Positions 7,833 to 17,044 of a DNA stretch of 64,000 bases are shown here, piece by piece. How positions within the stretch are numbered: position 1 is the stretch's first letter; every line of letters starts with the position of its first letter. The translations under genes were made by a program, and so were the position numbers. Source of the stretch: Candidatus Latescibacterota bacterium. Its GTDB lineage: Bacteria > Latescibacterota > UBA2968 > UBA8231. The notes under the pieces are model-generated. The model did not search any database. It saw only the letters and a list, made by a program, of their open reading frames with translations, and was not told the DNA's origin. Location of the stretch: NCBI GenBank assembly GCA_965242865.1, contig CBDETK010000013.1, positions 224,001 through 288,000 on the forward strand, given 5' to 3'.

Positions 7833-10747
7833 GCATCGCGCCCTTTCTCGTCCTCCTTTTTGCCGTGCCCCTGTGGGGCCAAGACCTCGGCGTCGCCCCG
7901 GCCAAACCAGTCGGCCCTCCCAAGCTAGCCAGCGCGCTGTGGGCGCGGTCGGCCGCGGCCAAGCTCGCCCGCGCCGCCGGCCTCCGGGAGGTCGTCGTCT
8001 TGGTGCCAGCGGCGGGCGCAGCCGCGGCCATTGACACCACAGCGTTGGCCGCCCTCAACGTGGAAATCCTAGCCCAGTCCCAGCACCTGCTGCGCGCGTC
8101 AGTGCCGGCCGCAGCGCTACGAGCGGTGTCTGAGCTGCCGAGCGTGGCCTTTGTCCGCCGGCCGTACCGGCCCCACGCGCAACAGACCGTCAGCGAAGGC
8201 TTGGCTCGCATCCGCGCTTTTGAACACCACGCGGCCGGCGCGACCGGCCAAGGGGTCAAGGTGGCGGTTATCGACGGCGGGTTTAAGGACGCCGACCGCT
8301 TGACCGACGACCTGCCGGTGCGGCGGTGGCAGCGCGATTATACGGGCGAGGGAATCTATGCCCGCACCAACCCACACGGCACAGCGTGTGCCGAGGTCAT
8401 CCACGACGTGGCTCCAGCCGCCGAACTCTACCTGTACAAAATTGCGGATGAAGTGGATTTGGAGAATGCCAAAGACCGCTGCATCCAAAACGGAGTCGTC
8501 GTGGTAAACTACTCGGCGACTTGGGTGAACACGGGCTTTGGGGACGGGCGCGGGCTGATCTGCGACATCGTCAACGACGCGGCCGACAACGGCATCCTCT
8601 GGGTCAACGCGGTCGGCAACTACGCCCAAAAGCACTACGCGGGTTTTTGGCGCGACAGCGATGCCGACAATCGGCACGATTTTGCCGCGGGCGATGACGC
8701 GATGAATTTGGTCGCGGCCGTCGGCAACGCCATCCGGGTGACCCTAACTTGGGACGATTGGCCCACCACCACCGCGGATTACGACCTGTACCTCTACTAT
8801 CAAGACGCGGCTGGCACCCTCGAAGAGGTCGCCAACAGCACGGATGTGCAGGGCAATGGCGGCGAGCCCGTGGAGTTTGTCGAATACTTTGCCGGGCGAG
8901 CTGGGATTTATGGCATTTCCGTGGTGCGCGTCGGCGAGGCCGCGCCCAAGCAACTGCGCGTGTGGTCTTGGCATCACGACATCGAATATCCGGTCCCGGC
9001 TGGCAGCTTGGGGATTCCAGCGGACGCGCGCGGCGCACTGAGCGTGGGGGCGATCCACCACGACCAATGGGACTTGGGCCGGCTGGCACGCTATAGCGGG
9101 CGCGGCCCCACGACCGACGGCCGCATCAAGCCCGACCTCGTCGCGCCGGCGGGCGTGACCACGGTTTCGTACGGAGCGGATGGGTTTGGCGGGACCTCGG
9201 CCGCAACGCCCCACGTGGCCGGCGCAGCCGCCCTGCTCAAATCGGCCAATCCTTCGCTCACACGCGCCGAGCTGTGGAATGCCCTCGTCAAGGCCACGGT
9301 CGATTTGGGCGCGCCGGGTAAGGACGATAGCACGGGATACGGCAAACTCGTGCTGGCGGTTTCCGCGCCGTCCATTGCCGAGATCGCGCCGCGCCGCGTT
9401 CAGTACGGCCAAACCCTTACCATCGTCGGCGCGGGGTTCGGCGCGGACCGGGGGACGAGCCACGTGGTCTTTTTGGCCGGAAAGATGCCGAGCGATGCCG
9501 ACTATCTCGCGTGGAGCGACGCCGAGCTCCAAGTGCGCGTGCCGACCGGTGCTCGCACCGGCGCGGTGCAGGTGATAACCGGCCGCGGCCGCGACAGTAC
9601 GCAGGTCGTCGTCACGTCGCCGTACATTGCGGAGGTTCGCATGGCTGCGCCAGCCCACACCGACGATCTCGTCGAAATCGTCGGCGCCAATTTCGGCCTC
9701 GTGCGGGGCCACAGTTCCGTGTGGATCGATTCGGTCGCAGTGTCTTTGTTTGAGTCTTGGTCGGACGGGGCGATCCGGTTCCGCGTCCCGCTCAACGCGC
9801 CCTCGGGCGACTTGACCGTGGCGACGCCTGAAGGCACGAGCAATGCCGTCGGCATGGAAATCGCCAGCCCGTACCTCGCCCACCTTTCGCCTCCGCAAGT
9901 ACAGGCCGGCGAGCACCTGACCCTGACCGGCGGCAACTTTGGCCGCGAGCGCGGCGCAGGGTACGTTTTGTTTCACCCCCAGGTGCAAGCGGCCGCGGAC
10001 GATTATGCGGTTTGGTCCAACGGCATCGTCGTCGTCCGGGTTCCGCCCCAAGCTCGCAGTGGCGCGGTGCGGGTTTTTACCGCCGCTGGGGGCACCGGGG
10101 CCGCGCCCGTTGAGATTGGCCGCGAGCGGGTAGAGCCGCTGCCGAGCCGCGGGGTGTTCGGGTACAGTCCGCCCGCTGTGAGCAAAAATCCCAAGAGCGT
10201 CCGGTTCGGCTTTGAGGGGATTGAGCGCGCGGTCTTGTGCCAATTTTCGATCGCGGAAACCAGCGCCGACGAGGTCGTCGTTTTCCTCAACGAGCAGCGG
10301 TACGCCCCAGTGCCAGCGAGTGCGGATTGGACGAATCAGTATCTCGTCCTCGACGCAACGCACCTACACTCCGAGCAAAACATCCTCGAGTTCCGCAATA
10401 TGCTCAATCAAGACCGCGCCGCGTCCTTTGCCCGCTGGCAGTTGCAGGATGTGACGTTGTGGAAGCCTTTTGGGGCCAAGCTGGGCCAGCCCTTTCCCGC
10501 GCCGTTCAACGCGGAAGTGGCCATTCCCTTCACCGTGGCTGCGGCCGGGCCGGTGCGGATTTCCGTCTATAACCTGATGGGCCAGCCGATTCGCGTGTTG
10601 CGCGCTGGCTGGACGGAGGCCGGGGTGCATCGCGTGCGTTGGGACGGGCGCACGGCTGCGGGTGCAGCGGCTGCGTCCGGCGTCTATTGGGCCGTGCTGC
10701 AAGCGGGTGAGGCCGTTCAAACGGCCAAGTTGGCGTTGATTCGCTGA
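7829..10747 (+). CDS. Secreted S8 serine protease with 3 IPT/TIG domains and a C-terminal FlgD-Ig/T9SS-like domain
   Basis: Likely TTG start overlapping the AKR stop; signal peptide ..VPLWG-Q; catalytic VIDGGF, HGTACAE, GTSAATPHVAG; PFPAPFN..WDGR..SGVY tail. Confidence 0.88.
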   Translation: MSIAPFLVLLFAVPLWGQDLGVAPAKPVGPPKLASALWARSAAAKLARAAGLREVVVLVPAAGAAAAIDTTALAALNVEILAQSQHLLRASVPAAALRAVSELPSVAFVRRPYRPHAQQTVSEGLARIRAFEHHAAGATGQGVKVAVIDGGFKDADRLTDDLPVRRWQRDYTGEGIYARTNPHGTACAEVIHDVAPAAELYLYKIADEVDLENAKDRCIQNGVVVVNYSATWVNTGFGDGRGLICDIVNDAADNGILWVNAVGNYAQKHYAGFWRDSDADNRHDFAAGDDAMNLVAAVGNAIRVTLTWDDWPTTTADYDLYLYYQDAAGTLEEVANSTDVQGNGGEPVEFVEYFAGRAGIYGISVVRVGEAAPKQLRVWSWHHDIEYPVPAGSLGIPADARGALSVGAIHHDQWDLGRLARYSGRGPTTDGRIKPDLVAPAGVTTVSYGADGFGGTSAATPHVAGAAALLKSANPSLTRAELWNALVKATVDLGAPGKDDSTGYGKLVLAVSAPSIAEIAPRRVQYGQTLTIVGAGFGADRGTSHVVFLAGKMPSDADYLAWSDAELQVRVPTGARTGAVQVITGRGRDSTQVVVTSPYIAEVRMAAPAHTDDLVEIVGANFGLVRGHSSVWIDSVAVSLFESWSDGAIRFRVPLNAPSGDLTVATPEGTSNAVGMEIASPYLAHLSPPQVQAGEHLTLTGGNFGRERGAGYVLFHPQVQAAADDYAVWSNGIVVVRVPPQARSGAVRVFTAAGGTGAAPVEIGRERVEPLPSRGVFGYSPPAVSKNPKSVRFGFEGIERAVLCQFSIAETSADEVVVFLNEQRYAPVPASADWTNQYLVLDATHLHSEQNILEFRNMLNQDRAASFARWQLQDVTLWKPFGAKLGQPFPAPFNAEVAIPFTVAAAGPVRISVYNLMGQPIRVLRAGWTEAGVHRVRWDGRTAAGAAAASGVYWAVLQAGEAVQTAKLALIR

Positions 10748-10764
10748 GCTTCTTAGATCAATCG

Positions 10765-10826
10765 CTGGATTCCCGCTTTCGCGGGAAAGACGAGGGGAGG
10801 GGCGGGATGACGAGGGGCGGGATGAC
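10765..10826. repeat. REP-like palindrome (GGATTCCCGC-TTTC-GCGGGAA) followed by 2x15-bp tandem gaggggcgggatgac
   Basis: Same family as the copies at 28646, 31088, 32613 and 43644. Confidence 0.8.
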
Positions 10827-10874
10827 GAGGGGAATAGGCTCAGGTTGAAATTATCGGCGGTATCCCTATTTTTA

Positions 10875-11061
10875 GGCCGTCCACCTTTCACACACAGAAA
10901 CCCGCATGTCGGGTCTTCTGTTGAATACAAGAGCCATTGCAAAGCGGTAGGGGTTGCTCCTTGCCGTCGGTAAATAGACAGAGCGTTCCCGCATGACTCT
11001 GTGCGTGAAGGTGGACAAGGCCCGGCTCCCAATGCCGTGGGAGCCGCTTCCTCCTTCTTTT
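10875..11061. ncRNA. Candidate structured RNA/leader upstream of the second S8 protease
   Basis: 10879-10898 pairs with 10998-11016, with inner stems; a 9-bp hairpin at 11023-11046 is followed by a pyrimidine tract. Confidence 0.4.
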
Positions 11062-11080
11062 AACGCGGAGAGTGTCTCTC

Positions 11081-14000
11081 ATGCGGTCCCCAATCAATCC
11101 GTCAAAAACCCCAACCTCAGTGAAAGCGATTACTCATAACGTCGTTTTCCGCAGTAAAGTTATTACCGCCCTTTTCTTGGGCATCCTTGGCTACGTTCCC
11201 CTGTGGGGGCAGAACCTAGACTTTGCCCCGGCCAAGCCCGACGGTCCGGCCAAGATACAGAGTGCGTTGTGGGAATTGGCCGTGCCGCCGGCGGGCAAGT
11301 TGGCTCGTGCGGCAGGCGTCGAGGATACGGTCGTCGTCATTTTGGTTCCGCATCTCGGCCAAGCGTCGGCTTCGATTGATACGTCGTCCATGGCCGCGCT
11401 GGGCGTCACGGTACAAGCCCGGTCGAAAAGCCTGATGCGGGTTTCGGTTCCGGCGTCGTCGCTGCTGGCAGTATCGGAATTGCCGGGGGTGGGCTTTGTC
11501 CGCCGACCATTCCGGCCGCAGGCGCAACAGGAATTTGTCCTTAGCGAGGGCTTTTTGGACATCAATGCGTATGACAATTTCCTCGCGGATATCCGAGGCC
11601 AAGGGGTCAAGGTGGCCATTATTGATGAAGGATTTAAGGGAGCGGACGATTTACCTAATAACATGCCTGGGTTTTGGTGGCACAACTATACGAATGAAGG
11701 GATATACGCCGGCGAAAGCGTCCACGGCACGGCCTGTGTCGAGATTATCTACGATGTGGCTCTGGAAGCCGAATTCTATCTCTATAAGGTGGATGATTTA
11801 GTTGGCCTTGAAAACGCTAAAGACGAGTGCATACGCGACGGAGTTGAGATAATTAGTCATTCTATGGGCTGGTTTGGAACCGGCATCGGCGATGGGCGAG
11901 GAGCAGCCTGCGACATTGTAAATGACGCCGCGGATAAGGGCATTCTCTGGGTAAATTCAGCGGGCAATGACGCAAAGAGCCATTACTACGGGTTCTGGTC
12001 TGACAGCAATTCTAACGGCTGGCATAATTTTAGCGGTGAAGATGAGCTGATATGGTTTGAAGCGGAGAAAGGGAGTGAGATAAGGGTTTTCCTGACGTGG
12101 AATGATAATTGGGCCACTCCCAGTGAGGACTACGATTTGTACCTCTATTTTGAGAACTCCGCCGGCGATCTCGAACGCGTCGCCGAAAGTACCAATCTTC
12201 AAACAGGTCTCAGTCGCCAGACCCCTGTAGAATCGATCGAAAGCAAGGCAGAGCGATCGGGAATGTTCGGGATTGCTGTTGGGAGTTGGAGCGACGCCCA
12301 GCCTAGAAGGCTGAGAGTGAGGTCGCTCAATCACGACTTTGAATATTATTCGGAGGCGGAGAACAGTATCGGGAGTCCGGCGGATGCCCGAGGGGCCATG
12401 AGCGTCGGGGCAGTCTATCATGGGAATTGGAATGCTGGTCGGATTGAAGACTATAGCTCGCGCGGCCCTACCACCGATGGCCGCGACAAACCCGAACTCG
12501 TCGCGCCTACTGGCGTATTGACAGTTTCTATACCGGATGGGTTTTTCGGAACCTCCGCGGCGGCTCCCCACGTCGCTGGCGCGGCGGCCCTAATCAAGTC
12601 GGCCAATCCATCGTATTCGCGCACTCAATTGTGGAACGCGCTTATCGCGGCAACGGTTGACGTAGGAAGCCGGGGACAGGACAATACCTTTGGCCACGGC
12701 AAACTCGTGCTGCCGGTTATGCAAGTTGCCGCCGCGCCGCTCCCCAACATTACTTCCATCTCGCCCAGTCGGGTGCAATACAATCAAACCATAACCATTC
12801 GCGGAACAGCTTTCGGCGCGAGCCGAGGCACGAGCCGGGTAGTTTTCCACGGAGGCACACAACCCAACGCCTCCCAGTATGTTAGCTGGAGCGACACCCA
12901 GATCCGAATACGAGTGCCGTCGGGAGCGCGCACCGGCAATGTGCAAGTTATAACGACGCGGGGAAGCGACACGGCGCGGCTGACAGTTACTTCGCCTTGG
13001 GTCAGCAGCATCTCTCCGCAGACCGCAAGGAGCAATAATGTTGTCACCGTGAGCGGGGAGAATTTTGGTTCCTCGCGGGGGAGCAGTTCCGTGCGAATCG
13101 GTTCGACCACGATCACTTCGTTCACCTCTTGGACGAGCAGCTCGATCCGATTTCGCATTCCCCGCAACACGCCGCCCGGCAACCTGACGATTAGAACGAC
13201 AAACGGCACCAGTAATTCCGTCCGCTTGAACATAACGAGTCCGTATCTGACAAACCTCTCGCCGACGCAAGTAAAAACCGGCGATCGCCTGACGCTAACG
13301 GGCGGCAATTTCGGCTCCCGACGCGGCACGGGATACGTCTTGTTTGCTTCTAATGTACGGCCTTCTGTTGGGGACTATGTGAGTTGGTCGGACCGCCGAA
13401 TTGTCGTCAAGGTTCCGGCTCGCGCACGAAGTGGCAATGTGCAGATTACGACCTCGAATGGGACGTCCGGGACGCGGCCGCTTACAATCAGCAGCGGACC
13501 GCAAATTACTTCCATCTCGCCCAATCGGGTGCAATACAATCAAACCATAACCATTCGCGGGACGGGTTTCGGCACGAGACGAGGCACGAGGCGGGTGGTT
13601 TTCTTTGGGGGCACACAACCCAACGCCTCCCAATATGTTAGCTGGAGCGATACCCAGATCCGAGTGCGAGTACCGGCGGGAGCGCGCACCGGCGATTTGC
13701 AGGTTGTAACCACGGGAGGAAGCGGCACGGCGCGGCTGACGGTTACCTCTCCTTGGGTCAGCGGCGTTTCTCCGCAGAACGTAAGGACCAATAACGTCGT
13801 TACCATCAGCGGGGAGAATTTCGGTTCCTCGCGGGGGAGCAGTTCCGTGCGAATCGGTTCGACCGCGATCACTTCGTTCACCTCTTGGTCGAGCAGAGCG
13901 ATCCGATTTCGCGTCCCCATCAACACGCCCCCGGGCAACCTGACGATTAGAACGACAAACGGCACCAGTAATTCCATCCGCTTCAACATAACGAGTCCGT

Positions 14001-16441
14001 ACCTGACCAGCATCTCGCCGACGCAAGTAGAAGCCGGCGATCGCCTGACGCTAAGGGGTGGCAATTTCGGCTCCAGCCGCGGCACGGGATACGTTTTGTT
14101 TACTGCGTTACTGCCTCGTGCTGGGGACTACGTGAGTTGGTCGGATCGCCGCATTGTCGTCAGGGTTCCCGATAAGGCACCGACCGGCGATGTGCGAGTT
14201 ACGACCTCGAACGGGACGTCGGAGACGAAGCACCTTACAGTCGGCAGTACCTCGCCGCAAATTACTTCCATCTCGCCCAGTCGGGTGCAATACGGTCAAG
14301 TCATAACCATCCGTGGGACAGCTTTCGGCGCGAATCGGGGCACGAGCCGGGTGATTTTCCACGGGGGCGAGCAGCCCAATGCTTCCCAATATGTTCTCTG
14401 GAGCGATACCCAGATCCGCGTGCGAGTGCCGACGGAAGCGCGTACCGGCAATGTGCAAATTATAACCGCAGGGGGAAGCGACACGGCGCGGCTGACGGTT
14501 ACTTCGCCTTGGGTCAGCCGCGTCACCCCGCAGACTACAAGGACTAACAATGTTGTCACCGTAATCGGAGAGAATTTTGGCTCTAGTCGGGGGAGTAGTT
14601 TGGTGCGAATTGGTTCGACCACGATCACTTCGTTCACCTCTTGGACGAGTAGCTTGATACGATTTCGCATTCCCCGCAACACGCCGCCCGGCAACCTGAC
14701 GATTAGAACGACAAACGGCACCAGCAATTCCGTCCGCTTGAACATAACGAGTCCGTATCTAACGAACATCTCGCCGACGCAAGTAAAAGCAGGAGATCGC
14801 CTGACGCTAACGGGCGGCAATTTCGGCTCCCGACGCGGCACCGGATACGTCTTGTTTGCTTCTAACATACGGCCCTCTGCAGCCGACTACGTGAGTTGGT
14901 CGGACCGCCGAATTGTCGTCAAGATTCCGGCTAGCGCCCGAAGTGGCAATGTGCAGATTACGACCTCGAATGGGACGTCCGGGACGCGGCGGCTTACAAT
15001 CGAAAGCAAGTCTCTCCAAATTACTTCCATCTCGCCCAGTCGGGTGCAATACGGTCAAACCATAACCATTCGCGGGACGGCTTTCGGCGCGAGCCGAGGC
15101 ACGAGCCGGGTAATTTTCCACGGGGGCGAGCAGCTCAATGCTTCCCACTATGTTCTCTGGAGCGATACCCAGATCCGCGTGCGAGTGCCGACGGAAGCGC
15201 GTACCGGCAATGTGCAGGTTGTAACGACGAGAGGGAGCGACACGGCGCGTCTGACGGTTACTTCGCCTTGGGTTCGCAACGTCTCGCCGCAGACCGCAAG
15301 GAGCAATACCGTTGTCACCGTAAGCGGGGAGAATTTTGGTTCCTCGCGGGGGAGCAGTTCCGTGCGAATTGGTTCGACCGAGATCACTTCGTTCACCTCT
15401 TGGTCGAATAGCTCGATACGATTTCGCATTCCCCACAACACGCCGCCCGGCAACCTGATCGTTAGAACGTCCGAAGGCACCAGTAATTCCATTCGCTTGG
15501 AAATAACGAGTCCATATCTGACGAGCATCTCGCCGACGCAAGCAAAAGTAGGAGATCGCCTGACGCTAAGGGGCGGCAATTTCGGCTCCAGCCGCGGCAC
15601 GGGATACGTCTTGTTTGCTTCTAACATACGGCCCTCTGCTGGAGACTATGTGGGTTGGTCGGACCGCCGAATTGTCGTTGAGGTTCCAGACGGAGTTCAG
15701 AGCGGCGATGTGTGGGTTGTGAACTCAAATGGATCGTCGGGGAGGAAACGCCTTACAGTCGAAAGCGAGCAGGTAGAGCCCCTGCCGAGCCGAGGGTTGT
15801 TCGGCTATAGTCCGCCAGCGGTTAGCAAAAATCCCAAAAGCGCCAAGTTTGGCTTTGACGAAGGGACCAGTCGCGAACTCTATTGTTATTTTTCGGTAAA
15901 GGAAATAAGCGCGGGCGAAATGGATATTTTTCTCAACGAACAGCGGTACACCACGCTGCCAGCGAGCGAGGATTGGACGGATTGGTATCTCGCCTTGGCG
16001 AGAACAGACCTGCGCTCCGGCACAAACATCATCGAGTTCCGCAACATCTCCAACCAAAACCGCACCTCAGGTTTCGATTTGTGGCAATTGAAGGATGTGT
16101 CTGTGACATCGCTAAGGCCGGCCAACGCCAAGCCGGTCGTCGGCGCACAACTATCGGAAGAGCCGGTGTCCGGCCTAGGCGACCCCTTCCCCGCGCCGTT
16201 CAACGCAGAAGTCACCATTCCTTTCGCCGTCGCTGCCGCCAGCCCCGTGCGGCTTACCATCTATAACCTGATGGGCCAGCCAGTGCGCGTGTTGACCGAT
16301 GGTTGGGCGGAGGCCGGATTGCACCAAGTGCGCTGGGATGGCCGCACGGCGGCGGGTGCAGAGGCTGCGTCCGGCGTCTATTGGGCCGTGCTGCAAGCAG
16401 GAGAGGCGGTCCAAACGGCCAAGTTGGCGTTGATTCGCTGA
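11081..16441 (+). CDS. Secreted S8 serine protease with 12 IPT/TIG domains and a C-terminal FlgD-Ig/T9SS-like domain
   Basis: IIDEGF, HGTACVE, GTSAAAPHVAG; four three-domain repeat units; start uncertain (11072/11081/11121). Confidence 0.9.
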   Translation: MRSPINPSKTPTSVKAITHNVVFRSKVITALFLGILGYVPLWGQNLDFAPAKPDGPAKIQSALWELAVPPAGKLARAAGVEDTVVVILVPHLGQASASIDTSSMAALGVTVQARSKSLMRVSVPASSLLAVSELPGVGFVRRPFRPQAQQEFVLSEGFLDINAYDNFLADIRGQGVKVAIIDEGFKGADDLPNNMPGFWWHNYTNEGIYAGESVHGTACVEIIYDVALEAEFYLYKVDDLVGLENAKDECIRDGVEIISHSMGWFGTGIGDGRGAACDIVNDAADKGILWVNSAGNDAKSHYYGFWSDSNSNGWHNFSGEDELIWFEAEKGSEIRVFLTWNDNWATPSEDYDLYLYFENSAGDLERVAESTNLQTGLSRQTPVESIESKAERSGMFGIAVGSWSDAQPRRLRVRSLNHDFEYYSEAENSIGSPADARGAMSVGAVYHGNWNAGRIEDYSSRGPTTDGRDKPELVAPTGVLTVSIPDGFFGTSAAAPHVAGAAALIKSANPSYSRTQLWNALIAATVDVGSRGQDNTFGHGKLVLPVMQVAAAPLPNITSISPSRVQYNQTITIRGTAFGASRGTSRVVFHGGTQPNASQYVSWSDTQIRIRVPSGARTGNVQVITTRGSDTARLTVTSPWVSSISPQTARSNNVVTVSGENFGSSRGSSSVRIGSTTITSFTSWTSSSIRFRIPRNTPPGNLTIRTTNGTSNSVRLNITSPYLTNLSPTQVKTGDRLTLTGGNFGSRRGTGYVLFASNVRPSVGDYVSWSDRRIVVKVPARARSGNVQITTSNGTSGTRPLTISSGPQITSISPNRVQYNQTITIRGTGFGTRRGTRRVVFFGGTQPNASQYVSWSDTQIRVRVPAGARTGDLQVVTTGGSGTARLTVTSPWVSGVSPQNVRTNNVVTISGENFGSSRGSSSVRIGSTAITSFTSWSSRAIRFRVPINTPPGNLTIRTTNGTSNSIRFNITSPYLTSISPTQVEAGDRLTLRGGNFGSSRGTGYVLFTALLPRAGDYVSWSDRRIVVRVPDKAPTGDVRVTTSNGTSETKHLTVGSTSPQITSISPSRVQYGQVITIRGTAFGANRGTSRVIFHGGEQPNASQYVLWSDTQIRVRVPTEARTGNVQIITAGGSDTARLTVTSPWVSRVTPQTTRTNNVVTVIGENFGSSRGSSLVRIGSTTITSFTSWTSSLIRFRIPRNTPPGNLTIRTTNGTSNSVRLNITSPYLTNISPTQVKAGDRLTLTGGNFGSRRGTGYVLFASNIRPSAADYVSWSDRRIVVKIPASARSGNVQITTSNGTSGTRRLTIESKSLQITSISPSRVQYGQTITIRGTAFGASRGTSRVIFHGGEQLNASHYVLWSDTQIRVRVPTEARTGNVQVVTTRGSDTARLTVTSPWVRNVSPQTARSNTVVTVSGENFGSSRGSSSVRIGSTEITSFTSWSNSSIRFRIPHNTPPGNLIVRTSEGTSNSIRLEITSPYLTSISPTQAKVGDRLTLRGGNFGSSRGTGYVLFASNIRPSAGDYVGWSDRRIVVEVPDGVQSGDVWVVNSNGSSGRKRLTVESEQVEPLPSRGLFGYSPPAVSKNPKSAKFGFDEGTSRELYCYFSVKEISAGEMDIFLNEQRYTTLPASEDWTDWYLALARTDLRSGTNIIEFRNISNQNRTSGFDLWQLKDVSVTSLRPANAKPVVGAQLSEEPVSGLGDPFPAPFNAEVTIPFAVAAASPVRLTIYNLMGQPVRVLTDGWAEAGLHQVRWDGRTAAGAEAASGVYWAVLQAGEAVQTAKLALIR
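12749..15765 (+). repeat. Four tandem ~756-bp coding repeat units (each 3 IPT/TIG domains)
   Basis: attacttccatctcgccc at 12749, 13505, 14261 and 15020. Confidence 0.93.
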
Positions 16442-16613
16442 GCGTTGCAGGCCAAATGACTGCTGGCGAGCGGCGCGGGCGACATTTCTGCCGCCTTCGA
16501 GGCTGGCCGAACCTGCTAAGGCTAATTATCTGGCCGATCTTGCACTTTTGAGCGGGTTGGTATATGAATCAGAAACGATTATGACCAAGTACCACCTGAG
16601 AAGGAGGCATACT

Positions 16614-16895
16614 ATGCCTGGGCTGAAAAAGGAAATCGCCGCGTACGAACGCATGCGCGGCGACCTCGAGTTGGAGCACTTCGGCAAATGGATCGTTGTG
16701 CATGATGAGAAACTCACCGGGATTTATGACTCATTTGAAGTGGCAGCCGACAACGCTGTCCAGCGTTTCGGGCGCGGGCCGTACCTAATCAAACGAGTTG
16801 GAGAACCACCGATGACCCTGCCGGCTTCCGTGCTGTATAGTCCGTTGAACGAGTTGACAGCGCAACGGCCCCCTTTTACCTTTTGCCCGTTATGA
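16614..16895 (+). CDS. Small DUF5678-like protein
   Basis: EIAAYERMR..L...GKWIVVHD...G.YDSFE.A...FG..P.LI..VG pattern; SD aaggagg. Confidence 0.65.
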   Translation: MPGLKKEIAAYERMRGDLELEHFGKWIVVHDEKLTGIYDSFEVAADNAVQRFGRGPYLIKRVGEPPMTLPASVLYSPLNELTAQRPPFTFCPL

Positions 16896-16972
16896 ATTTT
16901 TCGCCTCACATTCGTCGCTGGTGGCGCGCTTGGCATTTCCCGAGCCGGGAGAGAGGTGCGTCCATCCGCTAG
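16892..16972 (+). CDS. trpL: Tryptophan operon leader peptide (MNFSPHIRRWWRAWHFPSRERGASIR)
   Basis: 26-aa ORF with WW and a third W, directly upstream of a terminator and trpE. Confidence 0.85.
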   Translation: MNFSPHIRRWWRAWHFPSRERGASIR

Positions 16973-16995
16973 ACTGCGACGATATTTTTAATTCC

Positions 16996-17028
16996 AACGC
17001 GGACGCCCTCGGGTGTCCGCGTTTTTTT
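16996..17028 (+). terminator. trp attenuator intrinsic terminator
   Basis: aacgcggacgccc-tc-gggtgtccgcgtt followed by a T run; alternative pairing with leader gcgtcc (16958-16963). Confidence 0.88.
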
Positions 17029-17044
17029 GTTCTGGGAGAACGCC

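Noticed and set aside
10875-11022. 6S RNA or a known riboswitch
   Set aside because: It is rod-like, but I could not match conserved 6S, c-di-GMP, c-di-AMP or T-box motifs by eye, so it is kept only as an unknown structure.
8744-15627. Long antisense ORFs opposite the S8 genes (e.g. 8744-10363 and repeated 160-240 aa ORFs)
   Set aside because: Shadow ORFs caused by high GC and the repeated sense-strand coding sequence.
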